This document shows positions 37,032 through 45,848 of a stretch of DNA of 64,000 nucleotides, piece by piece. A model generated the notes under the pieces. It was not told the DNA's origin, did not search any database, and saw nothing but the letters and a program-made list of their open reading frames with translations. The position numbers and the translations under genes were made by a program. The stretch's first letter is position 1; every line of letters starts with the position of its first letter. Source of the stretch: an uncultured Planctomycetales bacterium (lineage in GTDB: Bacteria > Omnitrophota > Gorgyraeia > Gygaellales > Profunditerraquicolaceae); NCBI GenBank assembly GCA_964645795.1, contig CAZYCL010000002.1:80352-144351 (forward strand). The letters run 5' to 3'.

Positions 37032-39035
37032 TTACCCCTTTTCCTCCTTTGCCTCATCGGGCAGGGAGCGAGAGGTATAAGTGCATTTGGGAAAATTCGA
37101 GCAGCCGTAAAAGAAGCCGCGGCGAGACCTTCGTTCTATGAGCTCTCCTCCACAGCCTTCCTGGGGGCATCTTACCCCGGAACCGATGGACTTGGAGTGT
37201 TTGCAGGCGGGGAAATCCGAACAGCTTAAGAATTTTCCCCTGCGCCCCCATTTTACGATCATCGGCTTGCCGCACTTCTCGCACACCTCATCGGTAGTGA
37301 TCACTTCCTTCTTGATATTGTTCTGGGCAAAATCCAGGGCCTCTTTAAAAGGATTGTAGAAGTTTGCCAGGACTTCGGTCCTGCGGATCCTGCCTTCTTC
37401 GATATCATCGAGCTCTTCCTCCATGAGCGCGGTGAATTTCATATCCATGACCTTGGGAAAGAACTCAACCAGCAGCTCGCATACCTTGCACCCCAGCTCC
37501 GTAGGGGTAAAGTAACCTTTTATCCTTCGAATATAATCTCGCAGCACCAAAGTCGATATGATCGGGGCGTACGTAGATGGCCGGCCGATGCCGTTCTCCT
37601 CCAGGGCCTTGACCAGCGAGCTGTCGGAGTAACGCGCGGGGGGCTTGGTGAAATGCTGCGAAGGCTCGATGCCGAGATTCTCCAGCTCTGCCCCCTGGGA
37701 AAGCTCGGGTATCTGATTCTTCTTTTTAGCGCCGTTCTCTTCGCCGTCGGTCTCATCCTCCTCGTTCCTGCTGTATGCCGCCATAAAACCGTCAAAAACG
37801 GGCTTGCTTCCCGTGGCGCTGAATTTATATCTGCCCGCGGCAATATTGACGCAAGTCGATAAGAAACGGGCGGGGGTCATTTGGCTGGCCACGAACCTGT
37901 TATAGATCAACTCGTAGAGCTTGTGCTGTTCCGGGGTAAAGAACTCTTTCAGGTTATCGGGGGTCAGCATTACCAGGGTCGGCCGGATAGCCTCATGCGC
38001 CTCCTGCGCAAGCTTCTTGACTTTGTAGGCATTGGGAGATTCGGGAAGGTATTCCTGACCGTACTTCTTCTCGATAAAATTCCTTACTTCGCTTATCGCC
38101 TCCGGGGCCGAACGCGTGGAGTCCGTGCGCATGTAAGTGATAAGGCCTACGGGATTGCCCTCTCCGATATCGATACCCTCATAGAGCTGCTGGGCTATGA
38201 TCATGGTCCGGGAGGCGTTGAACCTGAGCTTATTAAAGGCCTCCTGCTGTAAAGTGCTGGTGATAAAAGGCGCAAGCGGATTCCGTTTCTTTTCGGTCTG
38301 CCTGATATCCGCGACCCTGAATTGAGCGCCTTTAAGCTCTTCGACTATTTTCTCGGCGGACTGCCGGTCCTTGATCTGGGCCTTGTCATTATCGATACCA
38401 TCGAGCTTCGCACTAAAAGAATCTTGGTTTTTGGCGCCTTTGGGCAGAAGCTCGGCCTCGATCTCCCAGTACTCGTCCGGCTTGAAGGCGCGTATCGCGC
38501 GCTCCCTCTCTACCACCAGCCTCAACGCCACCGACTGCACCCTGCCGGCGCTTAAGCCCCGGGCGATCTTGCGCCACAAGAGCGGGCTTAAGAAGTAACC
38601 CACTATCCTGTCCAGGACCCTGCGGCCAACTTGCGCTTCAACCATATTGTTGTCGAATTCGCGCGGATGGCCAAAGGCCTCCTGCACCGCTGCGGGCGTG
38701 AGCTCATGAAAAACCACCCTGAGTACCTTTTTGTCTTTGGCGATCCTGTCCTTGATATGCCAGCCGATGGCCTCGCCTTCCCGGTCAGGGTCGGTAGCGA
38801 TGTAGATAGCGGACTTATCCTTGGCTTCCTTTTTAAGCGTTGCCAATAACGTCTTCCTGCCGGCGAGGACCGCGTATTCGGGCTCAAAATCATGCTCGAT
38901 ATCCACGCCGAGGTTCTTTTCCGGCAGGTCTATGACATGGCCCATGCAGCTAAGCACGGTGAAATCCTTTCCCAGGATCCTGCCGATGGTCTTGGCTTTT
39001 GTAGGCGACTCGACTATTACCAGGTTCTTATCCAT
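37032..39035 (-). CDS. topA: DNA topoisomerase I with C-terminal zinc ribbons
   Basis: 667 aa. It has a Toprim N-terminus (LVIVESPTKAKTI), the active-site tyrosine region and CxxC...CxxC ribbons at the C-terminus. Confidence 0.92.
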   Translation of the reverse strand: MDKNLVIVESPTKAKTIGRILGKDFTVLSCMGHVIDLPEKNLGVDIEHDFEPEYAVLAGRKTLLATLKKEAKDKSAIYIATDPDREGEAIGWHIKDRIAKDKKVLRVVFHELTPAAVQEAFGHPREFDNNMVEAQVGRRVLDRIVGYFLSPLLWRKIARGLSAGRVQSVALRLVVERERAIRAFKPDEYWEIEAELLPKGAKNQDSFSAKLDGIDNDKAQIKDRQSAEKIVEELKGAQFRVADIRQTEKKRNPLAPFITSTLQQEAFNKLRFNASRTMIIAQQLYEGIDIGEGNPVGLITYMRTDSTRSAPEAISEVRNFIEKKYGQEYLPESPNAYKVKKLAQEAHEAIRPTLVMLTPDNLKEFFTPEQHKLYELIYNRFVASQMTPARFLSTCVNIAAGRYKFSATGSKPVFDGFMAAYSRNEEDETDGEENGAKKKNQIPELSQGAELENLGIEPSQHFTKPPARYSDSSLVKALEENGIGRPSTYAPIISTLVLRDYIRRIKGYFTPTELGCKVCELLVEFFPKVMDMKFTALMEEELDDIEEGRIRRTEVLANFYNPFKEALDFAQNNIKKEVITTDEVCEKCGKPMIVKWGRRGKFLSCSDFPACKHSKSIGSGVRCPQEGCGGELIERRSRRGFFYGCSNFPKCTYTSRSLPDEAKEEKG

Positions 39036-39039
39036 ACGC

Positions 39040-40137
39040 TCACTTTTGCGAAATATATTTTCCGGGCAACTGGCGGACCAATCCTGCCAAACTTAACTTT
39101 AAAAGTATAGCAGAAATCTCGGGAATATCCATACTTGTCTTTTCTCTAAGCTCATCTATATGTATCCTGTCATCATTTATCGCTTCATAGACCAGCCGCT
39201 CCCTCCTGTCGCCTATCAGCCCTGATGCAGGCATTTGAGGGGTTTTAAGCGGCCGGTGAGGCAAAGATAGCTTGCCGGCATACTCCTCAACCAGCTCCCA
39301 CACGCAAGTAACCAGCTTTGCGCCGTCTTTTATCAGCTGGTTCGTGCCTGAGGCGTTGGGAGAATCAAGGCAAGCCGGTAAGGCAAATACGTCTTTACCC
39401 TGTTCCAGGGCAAAATCCGCGGTAATGAGCGCGCCGCTGTTAGAGGCGGCTTCTACAACCAGGACGCCGAGGCTTAATCCGCTTATGATCCGATTGCGGC
39501 GGGGAAAATTCTTGGCCAGGGGAGGCTCTCCGAAAGCAAACTCTGAAATCACAGCGCCGTTATCCGCGATCTGGACGGCAAGCTCTTTGTGTTCGGGCGG
39601 ATACACCCTGTCAAGGCCGCTTCCGATAACCGCGATGGTGCGTCCCCCTGCCTTAAGCGCCCCCCGGTGGGCCGAAGCATCTACTCCCCGCGCCAGCCCC
39701 GAGACGATGACAAAACCGCATTCGGCTAAACCCGAAGCAAACTTAGAAGCCTGATTGATGCCGTAGATTGAAGCGCGGCGCGAACCTACCACGGCCAGAC
39801 AAAGACAATCCTGCGCTCCGATACTGCCTTTTATGTAAAGTACCGGCGGCGGGTCATAGATGTCTTTAAGGCTGGCAGGGTAATCCGGCTCATCCCAGGT
39901 CACGATCCTCGCCCCCTGCTTACCTGCCAGGCTTTCCTGCCGGTCTATATCCGCGACTCTTACGCAAAGGATCTTGCGGCATACCGCTTCTGGAATGCCG
40001 CAGGCTTGCCGGATCGCTGCGGGACCGCTCTTAAATACGGATGCCGGCCTGCCCAAAAATCCAAGCAGGTTCTTGAGCCTGGCCCCGGATATCTCGGGGA
40101 TCAGGTTAAGACCAATGAGGGCCTGTCGGTCTGTCAT
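39040..40137 (-). CDS. dprA: DNA processing protein A (Smf)
   Basis: 365 aa. It has a Rossmann-like DprA core (VVSGLARGVDASAH.GAL) plus a C-terminal winged-helix domain. The dprA-topA adjacency is conserved. Confidence 0.9.
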   Translation of the reverse strand: MTDRQALIGLNLIPEISGARLKNLLGFLGRPASVFKSGPAAIRQACGIPEAVCRKILCVRVADIDRQESLAGKQGARIVTWDEPDYPASLKDIYDPPPVLYIKGSIGAQDCLCLAVVGSRRASIYGINQASKFASGLAECGFVIVSGLARGVDASAHRGALKAGGRTIAVIGSGLDRVYPPEHKELAVQIADNGAVISEFAFGEPPLAKNFPRRNRIISGLSLGVLVVEAASNSGALITADFALEQGKDVFALPACLDSPNASGTNQLIKDGAKLVTCVWELVEEYAGKLSLPHRPLKTPQMPASGLIGDRRERLVYEAINDDRIHIDELREKTSMDIPEISAILLKLSLAGLVRQLPGKYISQK

Positions 40138-40139
40138 CT

Positions 40140-40643
40140 TTAAGAAGGGATCAGTTCAAGAAGCTTATCCGCTACCTCGTTTACGCTAAGGCATGAGGTG
40201 TCTATGGTATGGTGCGCCTGGGAATAAAACCGTTGGCGCTCCTTCAGGAGCCCTTCGATCTGCTCGCGGGGGTTGGGGACATTAAGCAACGGACGGTGCA
40301 GACAGCTGGAAGTACGTTTAATAATCGATTCAACACAGGCACTAAGGCAAACAATGACCCCGGTATTCTTCATCAGCTTGATATTGTCTTCGTTGGTCAC
40401 GATACCTCCGCCGCAGGCGACCACAAAATCATCCTGAATGCTTACCTCTTTTAAAACCAGTTTTTCGATTCTGCGGAAATAAGGCTCGCCCTCCCGGGCG
40501 AAGATCTGCGGGATCGGCCTCTTTTCCTTTAACTCAATGAGCTCGTCCAGATCAACAAAGTGCCGCTTAATCCGTCGGGCGACCTCTTTTCCGACGCTGG
40601 TCTTACCCGTGCCCATGAATCCCACTAAATATATATTATTCAT
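40140..40643 (-). CDS. aroK: Shikimate kinase
   Basis: 167 aa with IYLVGFMGTGKTSVGK. Confidence 0.92.
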   Translation of the reverse strand: MNNIYLVGFMGTGKTSVGKEVARRIKRHFVDLDELIELKEKRPIPQIFAREGEPYFRRIEKLVLKEVSIQDDFVVACGGGIVTNEDNIKLMKNTGVIVCLSACVESIIKRTSSCLHRPLLNVPNPREQIEGLLKERQRFYSQAHHTIDTSCLSVNEVADKLLELIPS

Positions 40644-40679
40644 ATACCGACCGATAGACAGCCTGTGAATATTATCAGC

Positions 40680-40750
40680 TTTAGCGGTTAGCGTATAGCG
40701 GGTAGCGGTTAGAAAAACCTAAACGCTATCCGCTAAACGCTATACGCTCC
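40680..40750. repeat. Inverted pair of (NNTAGCG)x4 heptad arrays separated by AAAAACC, forming a long imperfect hairpin
   Basis: Arm 1 is AGCGgtTAGCGtaTAGCGggTAGCGgtTAG (40683-40712). Arm 2 is its reverse complement with 7-nt periodicity (40719-40748). It lies between the spoVG stop and the aroK start. Confidence 0.7.
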
Positions 40751-40753
40751 TAA

Positions 40754-41005
40754 TCACTCTTGATAGGCAGCCATGACCGTCATCTCCAAGGCCTTCTGGG
40801 CATCTTCCGTCTCGGGATGAAAGGTATGGTAGTATTTGCCGTCTTTGGATCTTTCCTGCGGCATGGCCAGGAACAGGCCTTTCTTGCCTTCTACCAGGCG
40901 CAGGCCCTTGACCACATACTCGCCTATCGCCACATCCACAAAGGCCTTTACCTTGGAATCGCCTTCCAAGCGAAAAAGCCTGACTACCTTAAGATCTTTG
41001 TCCAC
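40754..41005 (-). CDS. spoVG: SpoVG family protein
   Basis: 83 aa. FVDVAIGEYVVKGLRLVEGKKGLFLAMPQERSKDGKYYHTFHP matches the SpoVG core. The start codon is GTG at 41003-41005, with the Shine-Dalgarno GGAGGTGA 7 nt upstream. Confidence 0.8.
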   Translation of the reverse strand: MDKDLKVVRLFRLEGDSKVKAFVDVAIGEYVVKGLRLVEGKKGLFLAMPQERSKDGKYYHTFHPETEDAQKALEMTVMAAYQE

Positions 41006-41073
41006 AAGCGATCACCTCCTTCGCCATAATAGACGAAAGGATCCCCGGAATCTAACAGGGATTTAACCGCTCT

Positions 41074-41361
41074 TTAATAGGCGCTTTCGGTGAATATCTC
41101 GTAACGGGTTATCTGCTTATAGACCTGGTCGTATTCAAGGTCTTCGGCGGCCTTTTCAAAAGATTTTGTCTGGTTATTGAGCAGGCCGTTGACAATAACC
41201 ACGAAGTTGGCCAGGGGTATGTTCTTGTTGAACACTACCACGCGCACGGCAACGGCATTGTAGTTCTTGCCGGAGCGGTTATTCACCTCGCCCTTGACCA
41301 GGAGGCGCTTGCCGTTTTCTTCCTTGATGAAGCTTATGTTATAGTAATCGAAGCTCGGCAT
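41074..41361 (-). CDS. Hypothetical small protein
   Basis: 95 aa with no recognisable motif. It is co-directional between aroC and spoVG and looks compositionally coding. Confidence 0.4.
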   Translation of the reverse strand: MPSFDYYNISFIKEENGKRLLVKGEVNNRSGKNYNAVAVRVVVFNKNIPLANFVVIVNGLLNNQTKSFEKAAEDLEYDQVYKQITRYEIFTESAY

Positions 41362-41364
41362 CGA

Positions 41365-42405
41365 CTATTTGATTCTGCTCTTGTAAAAACAATAAGCCTT
41401 CTTTATATCCGCAAGGCTGTCGCAGCCGAACTTCTCCAGGAGCGAGTCGGCCAGGACAAAGGCCGCTGCAGATTCTGCCACAACCCCTGCCGCCTCAACT
41501 ACACAGGTGTCCGAACGTTCGGTCGCGGCCTTAGATCTCTTCTTGGTCTTGATGTTCACCGAGTCCAGCGGATTCATAAGCGTGGATATCGGCTTCATGC
41601 AGGCGCGTATGATGATATCTTCGCCGTTAGATATGCCTCCTTCGATGCCACCGGCATTGTTGGTCTTGCGTAAATACCCTTTAGCAGCAGAGTGGTATAT
41701 CGCGTCATGCACCTCCGAGCCGAAACTAACGGAGTAACCGATGCCCAGCCCAAGCTCAAAGCTCTTAACTCCCGGTATCGACATTATTGAGGCGGCAAGC
41801 CTTGCGTCCAGGCGCCTGTCCGGCTGAACGTAGCTTCCCAGCCCCACGGGGACCCCTTTGGCCGTAACTTCGAAGATGCCTCCTACAGTGTCCCTGTTTT
41901 GCATTGCTTCGGTTATCTTGCGGATCATCCCGGATTCCGTACTCTCTCCGCCCACAGCCAATGCCCTGCTTGAGATCTTGATGCCGAACTCAGCCAGGAG
42001 TATCTTGCACAGCGCGCCAACTGCCACGGTCTGCGCGGTACTACGCGCAGATGCCCTCTCTAAAACTTGCCGTATATCGCTAAATCCATACTTCAATAAC
42101 CCTGCCAGATCCGCATGCCCCGGGCGGGGAGAAAAGACCTTATGCAGGCTCTCGATCTTATAATCTTTGTTGCGGATCAACAGGGCTATCGGGCTGCCAA
42201 GAGAAAACCTGCCCTTGAGCCCGCAGAGAATCTCGGCAGTGTCCTGCTCGATACGCATGCGCCTGCCTCTGCCAAAACCCTGCTGACGACGCTTTAACTC
42301 TTTATTGATACCGGCAACATCGACCTTTAAGCCGGCAGGCAATCCTTCGATTATGGCCAACAGCCCCTTGCCGTGTGATTCACCAGCAGTCAGACATCTC
42401 AACAT
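41365..42405 (-). CDS. aroC: Chorismate synthase
   Basis: 346 aa with the GESHG N-terminus and typical AroC core motifs. Confidence 0.94.
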   Translation of the reverse strand: MLRCLTAGESHGKGLLAIIEGLPAGLKVDVAGINKELKRRQQGFGRGRRMRIEQDTAEILCGLKGRFSLGSPIALLIRNKDYKIESLHKVFSPRPGHADLAGLLKYGFSDIRQVLERASARSTAQTVAVGALCKILLAEFGIKISSRALAVGGESTESGMIRKITEAMQNRDTVGGIFEVTAKGVPVGLGSYVQPDRRLDARLAASIMSIPGVKSFELGLGIGYSVSFGSEVHDAIYHSAAKGYLRKTNNAGGIEGGISNGEDIIIRACMKPISTLMNPLDSVNIKTKKRSKAATERSDTCVVEAAGVVAESAAAFVLADSLLEKFGCDSLADIKKAYCFYKSRIK

Positions 42406-42420
42406 ATAAACCTCTCTTTT

Positions 42421-42990
42421 TTATTTCCATAAACCCCGGCGATTCTGCCGGGCCTCCTGATATAACCTTAAGAACAGATCCGCGTATTTTACGTTGGGTG
42501 GATAGGTAAGAAGCGAGGCATAACCCTGTTTCACTATCTCGGCATTGACAAAAGTTCTGTCCTTCAAATACGCATAAGCCAGGAGCCTGCCGTAGTAATC
42601 GCGTTTTTCCACGTCAAACTCTAAAGTAACGTACTTTCCTTCAACGAGTTTGCGCGTAAACTCATAGGACTGCCTTCCCAGGCGCTTGATAACGCTTTTG
42701 TCTTCGCCGCTCCTGCGCGAGTCTTTATCCAGCTTGCTTGAATCATGCATCTCCGGAGTATCTATGCCGATAAGCCGCACGCGAACGCCGTTCTCAAGCT
42801 TAAGCGTATCGCCATCCACTACCCGGATGACCAGGGCGTTGGAATAATCATACGAATCCCCGAAAGGGATGGAGTACTTGATCTCGCCGTTTCCGGAGTG
42901 GACATTCTTAAGTATCTCCTCGCCAAAGGAGTGCCGGGTCCAGAGCAAGGCCAAAAATATCAGGATAATATAACGCATCGCAGATCTCAT
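42421..42990 (-). CDS. Secreted thermonuclease (staphylococcal nuclease / SNase-like)
   Basis: It has VVDGDTLKL....RVRLIGIDTPE and ...YGRLLAYAY. I place the start at the internal Met (MRSAMRYIILIFLALLW signal peptide). The longer track ORF overlaps the DUF3786 gene. Confidence 0.8.
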   Translation of the reverse strand: MRSAMRYIILIFLALLWTRHSFGEEILKNVHSGNGEIKYSIPFGDSYDYSNALVIRVVDGDTLKLENGVRVRLIGIDTPEMHDSSKLDKDSRRSGEDKSVIKRLGRQSYEFTRKLVEGKYVTLEFDVEKRDYYGRLLAYAYLKDRTFVNAEIVKQGYASLLTYPPNVKYADLFLRLYQEARQNRRGLWK

Positions 42991-43003
42991 TGAAGTACCG
43001 TTA

Positions 43004-43555
43004 TTATAATCCGGCCGCAAGCATCTGGGCCAGGATAACAATATCTTCGGTGCAGAAAATATGGGTAATGCTGCGGTCAAAGAGTATATTGGCCTCTGCC
43101 CCAAACTCCTCATCCGCTCCCCAGAGCTTGACCATCGCCGGCACCCCTTCAAGCAGCTCGACGATTATGGCCGCGTCTGCCCCTTCGGCTTTACGCGAAG
43201 AAAATCTTTCCAGGGCCAGAAACAAGCCTGAGGGGTTCCTGCCGAACTTCCTGATCAGCGGCTCGATGCAGCGCCGGCGAAAAGCCGGATAATACCCTTC
43301 TATACCGGAGAGCTCCCGGAAGTTGAGCCACTGGCCGGTGGGCCTGGGCAGGCCTTTGGCCTTCTGTATCAGATAATGCAACAGGATTATGGCCGTAAAC
43401 TCCTTGGCCGGGACATTGCAGGAAAGCGAGATTATGCTGCGCGCCTTGGGATCAATGCTGTAATTATCAGCCAAAAACCGCACCGACGTAAAGCTTGCGC
43501 CTTTAAAGCTTGAAAGCTCGTCCCAGGCCTTGTTGACCGCAACCTCATAGCCCAT
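43004..43555 (-). CDS. DUF3786-like hypothetical protein
   Basis: 183 aa with no catalytic motif recognised. The assignment is weak. Confidence 0.35.
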   Translation of the reverse strand: MGYEVAVNKAWDELSSFKGASFTSVRFLADNYSIDPKARSIISLSCNVPAKEFTAIILLHYLIQKAKGLPRPTGQWLNFRELSGIEGYYPAFRRRCIEPLIRKFGRNPSGLFLALERFSSRKAEGADAAIIVELLEGVPAMVKLWGADEEFGAEANILFDRSITHIFCTEDIVILAQMLAAGL

Positions 43556-43656
43556 ATGTATTTCCCGACTGATGCGGATAGAGCTGCATATAATATATAA
43601 TTTATTATATGCGAATTGCCGGGATAAACAAGTAAATAAAAGGCTAGGTCAACAAA

Positions 43657-43766
43657 GGGGACGGTTCTCAGGCTGCAGTGTTGGGGACGGTTCTCAGGCT
43701 GCAGTGTTGGGGACGGTTCTCAGGCTGCAGTGTTGGGGACGGTTCTCTTAAGAGAACCGTCCCCAA
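43657..43766. repeat. Tandem array of three 26-bp units (GGGGACGGTTCTCAGGCTGCAGTGTT) ending in the palindrome TTGGGGACGGTTCTCTTAAGAGAACCGTCCCCAA
   Basis: The three units are exact direct repeats at 43657, 43683 and 43709. The palindrome at 43733-43766 is the same element as at 51557 and 36117. The array sits in the divergent intergenic region at the only strand switch in the window. Confidence 0.9.
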
Positions 43767-43840
43767 CAATAGAAGATATTTAAACCTCTCTCCTTTATTT
43801 TCATTAGATTAAGGCGCGCTTTTCAATTATAATGTAGGCT

Positions 43841-45718
43841 ATGATCTACGACCGCTTCCAGCAGGAAGCCATTGACCACATTAACCACGACTTCTCAGTC
43901 ATTGTCTCGGCTCCCACCGGAGCGGGAAAGACCGCCATAGCCGAACACGTCATCACTACTTCTCTTGAGAAAAACATCGGGGTAATCTACACCGCGCCCA
44001 TCAAGGCGCTCTCCAACCAGAAGTTCCGCGACTTCCAGGGCCAATATACGGATAATATCGGCATACTGACCGGGGATGTCTCGATAAACGCTTCGGCGCC
44101 GGTACTGATCATGACCACCGAGATATTCCGCAACAAAATACTGGATGAACCCGAAAGCCTTGCGCGCTACTCCTGGGCGATATTCGATGAGATCCATTAT
44201 ATCGATAACCCCGAGCGCGGCACGGTATGGGAAGAATCCCTCATCTTTCTTCCGGCGCACATGAAGCTGCTGGGCCTGTCCGCTACTATCCCCAATATTA
44301 AACAATTTGCCGCCTGGATCGAATCAATACACAATAAGCCCGTAAAAGTAGTCATTGAGGATAAGCGGCCGGTGCCGCTGCATTTCCGTTTCCAGCACCG
44401 CGACCAGATCGTTGATAATGTCGGCGCCCTAAAAAGGTCTTACGGCGGCAAACCTAACAAGCTGAGTACCCTTATCAATTACCTGCGCCAGAACGATGGC
44501 CTGGCCTGTATCTACTTTGTCTTCGGCCGCAGGCGCGCAGAAGAGCTGGCTTATGACCTTTACGGTTATCAGCTATTGAACGGAAAAGAAAAACAGGAGA
44601 TCTCCGAATTATACAGCTCTTTATGCGAACGCTTTGATCTAAAGGGAGACCGCACGGCGGCAGAAATGCTGCCCCTGATCCAAAGAGGCATTGCCTATCA
44701 CCATGCCGGGATGCTTCCTACCTTAAAGGAAGTAGTAGAACGCCTCTTTACCAGCCGCCTTATAAAGCTGATATTTACCACCGAGACCTTTGCCTTAGGG
44801 ATTAATATGCCCAGCCGCTCCGTTGCCTTTGATGACTTAAGAAAGTTTTACGGCACCTACGTGCGCAACCTCAAGACCCGCGATTTTTACCAGATGGCCG
44901 GGCGCGCCGGACGGCGCGGCATAGATGAAGAAGGTTTTGTCTACTGCCGCATAAACCTGGAAAGGACAAAGCTTGAAGAGGTCAAGAGGATCATATATGG
45001 GGCGCCCGAGCAGGTAAAAAGCCAGCTGAATACCTCTTACGCCACCATACTTAATCTGTATGAAAAACATAAAGAAGAGCTCTTCAAGATTTACCCCCTC
45101 TCCCTCCACTACTTCCAATCCCGCCCTAATGAGCGCAGAGAAGCGCTCAGGCTCTTTGAGGCCAAGCTCAAGCTCCTCAAGGACTGGAATTATATAAATA
45201 ATCAAGCACTTACCCAAAAAGGAATGTTTGCCAAGACCGTTTACGGTTACGAATTGATGCTATCGGAACTTTATGACCAGAATATCCTGGAGCAGTTGGA
45301 CGAATTCGGGCTGGGGATACTGGCAGCTTCGGTGGTATTTGAACCCAGGAAAAATCAGCATGCTGCAAGCCTCTCCAAGAACGCCAAAAGGATAAGGCAT
45401 GCCTGCGAAGACATATTCGCGGATATCAAAAGGAAAGAGATGCGCTACCGGATTTATCCGGTATCCAAGATGCCTTATTTTAATTTAAGCAATGCAATGG
45501 AGGCCTGGCTGCGGGGCACAAACTTTGAAAAGGTAGTGCAGATAACCGATACTGACGAAGGAGAGATCGTTCGTTACTTCAGGATGAGCGTGCAGATACT
45601 GCGTGAGATAAACGAAGCCAAAGTTGCCTCACCTATCTTAAAGGATAAGATCAAGGAAACTATCCGCGTGATCAACCGCGATGTAGTGGACGCTGAAAAA
45701 CAGCTTCGGGAAGGCTAA
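43841..45718 (+). CDS. Ski2-like superfamily 2 (DEAD/DEAH-box) RNA/DNA helicase
   Basis: 625 aa. It has motif I APTGAGKT, motif II DEIH and motif VI QMAGRAGRRG, with a Ski2/HelY-like C-terminal region. A TATAAT at 43828-43833 lies only 7 nt before the ATG, so the transcript may be leaderless. Confidence 0.85.
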   Translation: MIYDRFQQEAIDHINHDFSVIVSAPTGAGKTAIAEHVITTSLEKNIGVIYTAPIKALSNQKFRDFQGQYTDNIGILTGDVSINASAPVLIMTTEIFRNKILDEPESLARYSWAIFDEIHYIDNPERGTVWEESLIFLPAHMKLLGLSATIPNIKQFAAWIESIHNKPVKVVIEDKRPVPLHFRFQHRDQIVDNVGALKRSYGGKPNKLSTLINYLRQNDGLACIYFVFGRRRAEELAYDLYGYQLLNGKEKQEISELYSSLCERFDLKGDRTAAEMLPLIQRGIAYHHAGMLPTLKEVVERLFTSRLIKLIFTTETFALGINMPSRSVAFDDLRKFYGTYVRNLKTRDFYQMAGRAGRRGIDEEGFVYCRINLERTKLEEVKRIIYGAPEQVKSQLNTSYATILNLYEKHKEELFKIYPLSLHYFQSRPNERREALRLFEAKLKLLKDWNYINNQALTQKGMFAKTVYGYELMLSELYDQNILEQLDEFGLGILAASVVFEPRKNQHAASLSKNAKRIRHACEDIFADIKRKEMRYRIYPVSKMPYFNLSNAMEAWLRGTNFEKVVQITDTDEGEIVRYFRMSVQILREINEAKVASPILKDKIKETIRVINRDVVDAEKQLREG

Positions 45719-45726
45719 TATGTTTT

Positions 45727-45790
45727 GTTACGAGTTACGTGTTAGCGTGTTGCGTATTTAACCCGAAGCACGTAACCCGAAACACGTAAC
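45727..45790. repeat. GTTACG/CGTAAC-rich imperfect palindromic element, family member A
   Basis: GTTACGAGTTACGTGTTAGCG....CACGTAACCCGAAACACGTAAC shares the core TTACGTGTTAGC with the reverse complement of the element at 54627-54692. Confidence 0.6.
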
Positions 45791-45830
45791 AAAAAAAGAC
45801 GACTCCTTTTTACGGGAGCCGTCTTTTTTA
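45791..45830. terminator. Bidirectional rho-independent terminator between the convergent helicase gene and the giant gene
   Basis: The sequence aaaaaaAGACGACTCCtttttacGGGAGCCGTCTttttttta forms a GC-rich stem with A and T tracts on both sides. Confidence 0.7.
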
Positions 45831-45848
45831 TGAGCAAACAATTGAAGT

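Noticed and set aside
42421-43152. Track version of the nuclease ORF (243 aa) overlapping the DUF3786 gene by 149 nt
   Set aside because: The extra N-terminal 54 residues (MKGCRRWSSSGERMRSLGQRP...) are Arg/Ser-rich and precede an obvious signal peptide. The internal Met at 42990 gives a normal secreted SNase and removes the overlap.
43657-43766. Possible CRISPR array (regularly spaced identical 26-bp repeats)
   Set aside because: The repeats are directly abutting with no spacers, there are only three units, and no cas genes are nearby. This is a tandem repeat, not a CRISPR array.
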